Shown piece by piece: positions 54,601-64,000 of a stretch of DNA of 64,000 bases. This DNA comes from Iphione sp. A-MEVVRFRX5 (taxonomy: Eukaryota): the NCBI GenBank assembly GCA_976226885.1, contig OZ320318.1, positions 73,222,001 to 73,286,000 of the forward strand, given 5' to 3'. Each line of letters begins with the position of its first letter. The first letter of the stretch is position 1. Below the pieces are notes generated by a model. The model was not told the DNA's origin. It saw only the letters and a program-made list of their open reading frames with translations, and searched no databases. Position numbers and translations under genes: made by a program.

Positions 54601-57600
54601 ACGAACAGACATGCGACCTTCCTTTTTTCGGCAAGAGTAAATACACGTATTGCGTTCAAACATGAAACATTGATAAGATGTTTGCTTGGAGGGCTAGTGA
54701 ACGGAAAATTGGTGTCAGAATTACACTAGGTTATTGTGCAATAAGTCAGGCACAGAAGAGTATGTATAATAAGATCAAACTTCGTTATGGATCTTTCCCC
54801 ATAAATATATTCCGATTTCAACATTTTACTCGAATATAGGCATGCCCCACCTGTTAATACATGTACTTCATCTAAGAAGGAAGGGCGGTGTACGTCTTTT
54901 TGAAAAAATCATTTTATTGGGATCTGTGCTAACTCCGCTAGCTCTCTGTGATAATGCTAGTTCGAAAAGTCTCAAATGTGATAGTTTCATCTGGGACCTG
55001 TGAGGACGTCCTTCAAATGACAACCCTCATGCAGGGGAAGAATGTATAGGGAATATACTTCACTTAGGAAGTCAGAGCCAGAATAGTTCGGATGGCCCAG
55101 GAATCAAAGGACGAGGAAGGTCAAGTAAGCTAGTGACACAACGAGATTCGTCGTATGAAATTCGACATTATGGAGCGTGTTATCTCAGGACTCGATGCAA
55201 TTGAATATTGTGTCTCAAAAAAACTTTTACGTCTTAGAAAAACGAGGCAGAGGTAAGGAGCAGCTCGGAAGAAGAGAGATATGACATTTAGATTGTACTA
55301 TTCTGTTAACAGGAAGAAGCATTTATACAACTAGATAAGATTCATAGGTAAACAGCCGTTTTTCGAGGGAGAAAAAAAAAGTAATGACATTTTACCAGTG
55401 ATGCGTTCAGGAAGCATTTGCAAATTGCTTTAGACTGAAACACTAAAATCAATCTTGGAATGTGATTGGATGTTGGCTACTTGTGTGCAGTACTTATTCC
55501 AAGACCTGAAAAGGATTGATCCGATTTCTATCTAGAAGGCTGTTTGGAAAGGAACCTGGGAGACTGACGGTTGTACCTCCGTAGATACAAGTAAACTTTT
55601 ATGTAAAAAAAAAGGTCATTTAACAGATGCCAAATCCTGAGGTACTTCTGTATCAGGGAGATGTCCTGGGTGCTGGCCAGAAACCCAACTCTTAAGATGT
55701 TTCCTGACTGCTTATTGAGTGGCTGTGAGTGGGAGGACATTTGGGTCGCGCCAGCGGCTGAGTGACGTCCTCTCAGTTTCAGTGTATTTGCTGAAGGGGG
55801 ACGACTGTTAGTTGTTCTTTATATGGAACTACCTAGAAGACACGTTCAGCTGCCAATGGCTTTAGAAAAGAAATGGAAGTACACAGGCCTACACATATCC
55901 CATGAAAGCAAGCCAGAAATGAAATCACGCAAAGTGTCTGATATAGTAAGAATATACATATATGCATATACATAGAGTACCCGCGTTCTTTTTTTTGGTA
56001 TAAAACTTTCCGTTGGGTATACTGTTCTCTCGCTTCTATCACATAGATATTCGGTTGTGCAGTGCTGAAACTCTCCGGTATTACATACAGTGGTCAGTGG
56101 TGGTAGTTGTCAAAGTCTGAGGCTGAATTTTAAAAGACGCACCAGGACACCTGGAATTGATGACGTCGAAGTCAGTTAAAAGCACTCGAAGAACTGTGAT
56201 CGTGACGTGTGATATTTTGCGTCCCGGTCTTGTAAAAGGCTCCTTTAGGCGGCTTCATAATACTAACTGTTGTTCTTCTCGAATGGCATCATGTGGTACG
56301 TCCTCTAGGGACTGACTCAGCCAACAACTGAGCTTTTCAATCTTGTTTGCCCCACTGCCTGAAACACCTGCCCTCATGCCTTGGCGTCTCCGAGTGACAG
56401 GAAGCTTCACCCAATGGCACTACGAGTTTCCTACTACGTCCGTCGAAGGCAAACAATGTATAGTGTTTTTTTTTATCTGATAATATCGTGAGCCTTAATT
56501 TTAATTCAGGTTTCGGTGAGATTTCAGTATAGATTTCCGATACCACAAGGTGTTTTCTTTAGAAAAAGCGAAAGATTTGAATTGTCATAAATCTTTCTAA
56601 GTAGCTCCATGGTGTATTTCTGTGCTCTGGTCCCTTGGTCGAAAGGTGTTTTCCTTATTGTAACTGATATTTCCATACTCTGTGTAAGGAATGGGCGAAA
56701 CGGCCCATGAATTTGCAGCATGTTGAAAATATGTTAAAATTCTCTGTAGATCTGCTTTGAAATTGCACTACTTGAATACACTTTTTAAAAACATTCCTCA
56801 GTGTTTCCGGGTAGTTTTGTAAATAGTAGTGCATTGACTTGAGCGCAGGATTTCGGTAGCTTCCAAGAGGTCGGAGTAAGTTTGTCAACATAATTTGTCC
56901 CCTGTCATTTGACAAACACCTGGGCGTGTTCCTCAAACCACCTTGAATGAGTCAGCACGGCGATGACCTTTGACGAGTCAGCTTGTTTGCTATTTCCTGG
57001 CCAGTGGAAGGAATACAGAGGCCGTATGGTAAAAAACATAGGCCGTTAGTTACAGGCAGTCCTGTTATAATAAACGTTTGAAGTTAAAGTATATTTGTAT
57101 CACTACATACTTTCAGCTCTTATCATGCGTTATCACTGCATACTTTCATCTCTTAACATGCGTTTCCTCACGTTTATAATTCATGTCCAGTGCTCGAGAT
57201 CTTTTCATGTTTTTTTAAGTTAGACCGTAGTTGTTAGCTATAGTGCAAATTATTTCCCTCAGGCAAATGTCAACACGAGTGACATACCGCAGTTGGAGTC
57301 TTGTCTAAAAGGGATGAAAACGTCAATTATGGAACAGCATTGTATTGTAGAAGGATTTCTCGCTAAAAGAGCTTTGAAATCAGATAAATGTACGGGGAGA
57401 CTTTTGATATGAACCGTCTGATCTGTTTTTCCTTATTTAATGGACGAAAATGGCTACTGCAAGGAGGACTAAGCTATCTAGCTACTCAGTCGGATATTAC
57501 CTCCATACGTGTTAGCTTGCCCTCCCTCCTCCCGACGAAAAGCAAGGAGGTGCATCTAAGAAGGGTAATCACCTTATCAGTCACAGTGCTGAGCTGTGAT

Positions 57601-59907
57601 CACGTGACCGCGCTCACCTGTCAGCCCAAACGGCTCGAGGGACCTGCAGCGAGCACCTCCCTCTCCCTTTCCCCCTCCCACACCGCAGCGCTGCTATGAC
57701 AACCGTTGTCATGGCACCGGGCGCATGTCGGGGGTCATCCACCGCGTCGCTGACAGGCGTCAATACACTGTAGAGCCACAAACGCAGACACTCCCACCTG
57801 GATCTACACATAAACACACACACACACACACATGCATCGCCGACTGCCGCTAAACAGTTTGAGTCAGCCGGGTCGGCATCAGCGGTGGCGCTTGGGCCGG
57901 ATATTCTGACGGTACTTCCGGTTTGAAAGAGAGGCAGGGGTCAGTCGTCGCCTAACCTCCGCTCCAGTATCTCGAGCCGACTCCCGGCGACCGACCGTGC
58001 CGCTGGTGCAATGGAGGAAAATCTGTCACACGGAATGAAGTTTGATGCTTCAGTTATGCGAAGATCTAAAAAGGGAAACCAGGCCAGTGTCTGCCTAAGG
58101 TCTTTGTTATAAATGAAGGACGGATCAACAGATGTACATTATACTTAAAAATCGTGACATGAAGGAGGCGGATCTAGAGACACCCAGTCAGTATTACGCC
58201 TCAGCATTATTTCGTCATTCTATAAAGTCTCATTTGTATGAGCTATTTATCAAGTGTGGTAACCATCTCAGCCCAAACAAATCAGTACTAAACTCTATCA
58301 TCTATCCATCGATAAGCTCAAATATGCATGGACACGATATATTTACCTACAAATGAATGGACCCTAAAAATATTGCCATGAAATAACATATTAGGATTGG
58401 ACTAACATGAACAGATGCTTGTGTAAATCTACAAAGAAAATTAGGGCAAGAGAGATGGAGTTTTCAAAAACGAGTACAATCTGGAAAGGCCGACGAACGG
58501 TGGGGAAATGTTGGTGGTTTCCGCCAGGTGGAGTGGTGCCCCTAATGGGCATTAACAGAGTCATTCCGAGGAACCAAGCCACCTAACGGATGTCTATAAG
58601 AACCTCTTCAGATGAAAAGTGGGCTTAAAACCTTGGCCATTGATGTGCCTCTGACTTCAAGAATGAAGGACGTACGTGAACTATATGTATATCGCACAGG
58701 ATGTCTGAGCCCCTTTTAAATTTAACTGAAATTTTACTGGAAATGGAACAGACCAGTTCTAGTTATAGCCTAACTTTTGAGACTTAAATTACTCGTATTC
58801 ACTGTCTGATGTTATCCCTCTGGCTGGGACGTAATTTTTTTTTCTTACTTAACTAAATTAAAGCAGCAGAATTCTTCGACTAAAATCTGAAAGAATCCTT
58901 TCTGTCAGAACAAAGAAGTCTGTCACCTTATAAGCACCATTTTGTTAATGTTTTACCCTCCCTTCATCTCAATCGGTGTGCGTCTGGCTGAAATCGATTT
59001 CAAATTTAGAAAACACGAATGAGCTTGAAATTATTTTCTAAATAATTTGTTTGAATTCGTCATTTTTCCAAGAAACTTCAAAGGTGTTTTTGTATGACTT
59101 TTGAAAAAAATCGTTTTTAACCTTCACATTAAAAGACTGCTTATTTTGTGTTAGGCAATCATTTGAGAGAGGCTACTGCTTATCAATATTTTTTCATTAA
59201 GGACTACAGAAGTTCAGCTGGGGATGCCCAGAGGAAAGGAAGCGAGACGGACAACTAAGCAGCGTATCTGTGATGTGCGCAAAACAAAGAACAAAGCATT
59301 AAGAAGAAAGGAACAATACACATGTACATTTGCACTGACAAGCATGCAGACAAAGAGATGGAATGGGAGATGAGTCATGCGACCCATGAGATTTGCAGTT
59401 GCAAATACCATGCACGTCACATACTTTTCATTATGAAGTTGAATATTTGACGAAATGAAAATAGTCACAACCAGTATTCGCATCGGTGGGAGCGACATTC
59501 TTTCTAATTCTTGTTCACATCGTTGTCGATAGAGCAGATGGATATAATCAGCCCTATACTTCCCATTCAATGTATCCTACATCAGCGTACCAAATTCTAC
59601 CGTACTGAAAGAGAAAGCCGAGTAGACATCGCTTGTTGTGTGTTGTAATTCATTTACCTTAACACATAGAAACATGTTGTGCCGCTTGCTTCGTGGCAAT
59701 TTGCTTTCGTCGTGATACATATACACATTATTCGTTATTCCTCTCAGATACAGGATCTTGCTATATTATAGGACGCATTTATTTATAAAGTAATAATTGT
59801 CCCCACCCCCCCCCAAATGTGAGAGGATAGGGGCGCCTTTTTGTATTATAAAATTACTGTAGGTGGCACTTTTCGTGCCAACATCCGGGTCTTTCTTGGG
59901 AGAAATA

Positions 59908-60135
59908 TCACGTGACGCGCTCGCCTGCGCAGTGGTGCCTAATCAAAGCGCGGACAAATGAACGGCAGTGCGCTTGCGCGCGCACGGGCGCCACTGTTGC
60001 CGAGAGCAGGACTGGTCGGGGGGGGGGGAGGTTGCATATGCGCTAAACGGAAATGTACGAGGAGGCGAGCGGCTCGGTGCTGACGTTAATAAGGACGGAC
60101 GAGCAGCTCACGTCCACCGTCATTACCATGGCGAC
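59908..60135. promoter_or_regulatory. Intronic promoter-like motif cluster
   Basis: TCACGTGAC (59908-59916), NRF1-type TGCGCTTGCGC (59969-59979) and RFX-like TTACCATGGCGAC (60123-60135). Confidence 0.33.
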
Positions 60136-63100
60136 GGTCAGTGGCCTTTGATGCCATTATCATCTGTTAACGCCGTACCGACTAGGGATGTGTCCGTGTG
60201 AAGTAGGCGGGGGGGGGGCGGGTCTGGCTGGGGGAGGAGGTTGGAGGGTCAGGGATCAGGAAGGATTAGGAGGAAAAGGTCATCAGGTTGGGAAGTCGAC
60301 AATGCCGGAGACAGAAGTCGAGTCTTAATGTGGAATGTTCTAGAAATGCTGTTGAAAAAGGTCTGCCTTCATTAGAATAGCTCCTTAGTTTAAATACGTG
60401 TGGGTTTCTCACGGCGACCTCTGTCTAAAATCCATCGAAATACTATTCTGATAACATTATATAGGGCCTACAAACTGCTAACATGGATTACTGCGACATT
60501 TATCTCATAAATGGAAACAGCATAAGATACTGCTTTACCACAGTACAATAAACTTTTCTGGACAAGTTATTGTAACGTGTTCAGTAACTCCGAATATAGA
60601 TGCATCAGCAGTAAATTACTCTCCGAAACTATACCTGTAATTTGCGTCATTACTTTCCAAACTTAGAAAAAAGGCCTATTTTTCTCTGTACATAGTTGTT
60701 CACCATTCCAGTAAATACATATATTACAAGAAGTTATGTTAGGTAAGAGTACGTTGGTTCTTGAGAGATTTGTGCCTTTATATAATCCTCTTCTTTCTCA
60801 TTTAGTATGGGCTGTCATCGTACGATATTGAAATATACGTGACTAAACTGAACGGAGCCCGGTAGGTGTGTGCCTTTCCCATGTTCCAATCTTGGTATTA
60901 ATGGCCTGCTGATTGCTGTTGGACTTCTTGTCAACCTTGCGCGCAGCCTTCCTATAAACAACAGCCTAAGCCGAGCAAGGTAGCCATTTACTCATATATT
61001 ACCTCTTGTTTACCCATCTCGCGCATATCATTCTCCCTCAACTGTGAAAAGAGGGCTGGTGTTCAGCGGGTTTCTCCGATGGAACCGAGATGGCCTGTGG
61101 GAGCTGTGACACCAGACAGGCAGAAAGACAGACCGCCATATATAAAGAAGAGAAAGCGAGAATCAAATGATGATTGCCGAGAATGGGTGGTGATGCAGGC
61201 AGAGGAAGACATGCTCGAAAGTAAAGCAAAACAAGAAGGATGTAACTAACTGAACAGATGATAATATATACTGAGAGCACCGCGTATTTGCAGCTAGGAT
61301 AACACAGGGAAACGTTCCTGATGTCACATACTTTTTTTATCCGTAGGTCTGCTTCCCCTACGCCAACCATGCAAAGCGCAGTGTACAGAGCTGATTAGGC
61401 AACGACCATAATGAAACAGCCATATAAGGCCATGCGCTCACCTCTCTGCATGTGACCCCTATTAATCGTTATCATAGTAAAAACAATGTTCTTACGTGGC
61501 CTGCTGCATATATTAAAAACAAGAAATACGCCATTTTAATTAGTGGACTGATTTATCACGAGTACGTTTAGTAGATCCTCAATGCCAAATCACCTGCATA
61601 TCCCTCTGAATACATACAATCCCATTTTAAATTGGAACAATAGGTAAATCGTTCTACTCTATCGCTGTAAATGAAGTCCCACACAAATACTCACCCCTCT
61701 GTCTCTCTCTATGTCTCTGCCTCTCTGTATGTCTGTCCCTGTTTATCTATTTGTTTCTCTATCGCCTTTCGAAATGTTCAGTCTTTGACGATGAGGAAAA
61801 AATAGTATTGCAGGTACCCGAGTGCTGTGTGCTTCTGGTGTCTTTGTAATACGTAAAAGGTACAGCAGCCAGAATGTTCTTTTCTCCCGATTTAAGCCTA
61901 ATGGATTTACCCTCTTTTGTTCCGTCATTGTATTGACCCATCGGGTTACCCGTCGGCACCATTGCAGGGAGCTTCCATTTCCCCCAATCAGTTAGGAGGA
62001 GATATTAATGCACAGACAGTTTATTTTCGGTCCATATAATCTATGCGTCCCTGCTTCCCTTCTCCTAGCCCGTCTCTCAAAGCTGTGAGCAATTGTACCA
62101 CTGTAGGCCACTGAGAGGAGCTATAATAAATAACCCTGGCTTCGGTGATGTCGTGTTACCGTACCCTAAAAGAGCCGCATTGGTAGGACCTTAGGTCCCC
62201 CCGCCCTTCGTACTGGGAACATTGATTTGGAGCTCGTTGAAAAATAAATCACAATGGAACATGCTATGTTCATGGAACTTCGATAATTGAGGGGCTATGG
62301 ACAAGCTTCATTCACATGCCGTTAAGAGGTAAACCAACGTTTTGCACTCACTGTCAAAAGATCTCCTCTTTACGTTACCATTACCCATTTCGGAGGTACA
62401 GATTTGCCCCTGTAATATCAAGCTAAAGCGGTTGCTGCCGATGAATGTCAGCTATCCTATTTTTAACATGAGCCAGTGGCTTGTAATAATTATCGCTGGT
62501 TAAAGTAACATGGCGGCGGCGGGGACGTGTCGGTGACGGTCAACGGTGTTCCGATCTATTTCTAGTTTTTTTCCCGAAGTATTCTAGTGAAAACCTGTCA
62601 TTATAGTTCAGACATCTGTTACCCGAAGCTGTCCCATGTCATTTCTAAGGGAAAACATGTTAGTTACCAAAACTGTCTGCTGCTGATTGATCAGCAGTGC
62701 TGGTGAAAGCTAATGCGGTGGAACTTGTGTTTTGTGCGTCCTGCAGGTAAAGACACACGTGACATTTGAAGTATTTCACTCGCCGCAAACTATTCGTCTT
62801 TCAGTGCTAAGAATATATTTATAAAGAAGGCTGACCACGACACTGAATGTCCTAAAAAACGTCGAAATAAAAATGACCTTTCGAATTTCCAATGCAAGCA
62901 CCGCAAACACTTTATACGAGTATACATGTGCATCTTACTTCTTCTCATGTGTTATTGATGCGCAGATTATTTTCTTACTAATGTGTGACTGTTGTATTTG
63001 GACTCGTGTCACTACGCACATTAAATATGGGGTACATTTACAGTCACGTATCTCATCTTACCTACTCCTTACAATTATTATATGTAGTCTGTACGAAGCA

Positions 63101-63426
63101 GAAATAGAAAACCTCTCTAGGACTAGTGAGCATATCGCGCCGTAAAATGATGTTGTTTCTTAAATGTTTGGATAACCTTATGGGAGATTTTCCTCTGAGT
63201 CGGCAGGAAATGCTCAATTACACTTCAGTGTTTCAGACAAACACAGTTTGGCAGCAGCCTCACAACCAAAGGTTAAAGCCATTTAGTTAGGTTCTGATTA
63301 ACTTGTTCTCGATCGCGAAAAAAACGGAAATATGTCAAACTCCTTTCTATAGACCGCTACGGCATTTCCATTAAATGTATTTGCAAATATGGCACATCTT
63401 AGACATCACCAACTTTGGAGTTGTAT

Positions 63427-63453
63427 CTTTCTTCTTCTTCTTCTTTTTCTTCT

Positions 63454-63485
<32 letters not shown>
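63427..63485. repeat. Interrupted (CTT)n microsatellite ~145 nt upstream of the ankyrin exon acceptor
   Basis: Directly visible. It explains the poly-Phe and poly-Leu ORFs in the track. Confidence 0.93.
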
Positions 63486-63629
63486 ATCATATCTCGTCTT
63501 TTTCTTATTCTTCTCCTTCTCCTCGGTTTTCATCCTTATCCACTGATTGCACGCTGTTCACCGTTACCTCTCTATGTCGTAAAGTGAAGTGCGGAGATTG
63601 AACCATGGCTGTTTGTGTGTGTGTTGCAG

Positions 63630-63728
63630 GACGGGCGGACAGCGTTGCATCACGCGGTTCTCGGCAACGAGCTTGACGTGGCACAGCATCTTATTGACTT
63701 TGGGGCCGACGTCAATATCAAGGATGAG
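63630..63728 (+). CDS. Ankyrin-repeat protein, 99-nt (33-aa) ankyrin exon
   Basis: Acceptor tgttgcag and donor GAG|gtaagg. Encodes DGRTALHHAVLGNELDVAQHLIDFGADVNIKDE, a consensus ankyrin repeat in a phase 0-0 exon. Confidence 0.88.
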
Positions 63729-64000
63729 GTAAGGCAATAACCTTCACCCCCTTCACAGCGTGGAGTACCGCACAGAAAAAAAGAGCCCTACCTCACTACC
63801 ACACCCCAACACCCATCCTTCTTCACTACACCCCATCCTTATTCCGAGGTGGAAATATGATATTGGAAACGCACTTCCCAAGTTATACGTATATTGGAAG
63901 AGGAAGGCAATAGTCAAATCTGACTGCACCTCCTAAGATCAAGAGATAGAAAGTGTTGTCTAATACTAAGGGTTGTCTATTGCTAACAGCCTAAATTATA

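Noticed and set aside
469-63601. The many 60-160 aa ORFs in the six-frame track outside the LINE
   Set aside because: No recognisable domains, often GTG/TTG starts, and many arise from microsatellites or purine/pyrimidine tracts. This is the expected background in eukaryotic non-coding DNA.

Overview
Eukaryotic (animal-like) genomic DNA: GT-AG introns, microsatellites, mostly non-coding. The dominant feature is a young, near-intact non-LTR retrotransposon of the CR1/L2 group on the + strand (about 12.79-22.65 kb, ending in a hairpin, AATAAA and A16). Its cargo is unusual. ORF1 (637 aa) has a coiled coil and an L1-type RRM-like region followed by a complete NADAR (YbiA/DUF1768) domain. A separate SGNH esterase ORF follows in the same frame after a single TAG. 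Then come a ~0.8 kb spacer with a small hydrophobic ORF, and an APE-endonuclease/RT ORF2 with no AUG ahead of its first catalytic motifs. A near-perfect 3,083-bp internal tandem duplication (14852-21018) repeats the esterase and truncates the first ORF2 copy. The only host gene I can support is an ankyrin-repeat gene (+ strand; exons 45465-45572 and 63630-63728, 18-kb intron), which continues beyond the window. Also present: one clear TA-flanked Tc1/pogo-type MITE, several housekeeping-type promoter motif clusters, simple repeats, and low-confidence decayed esterase-like and THAP-like fragments. No rRNA, tRNA or CRISPR was found. Most short ORFs in the track look spurious.
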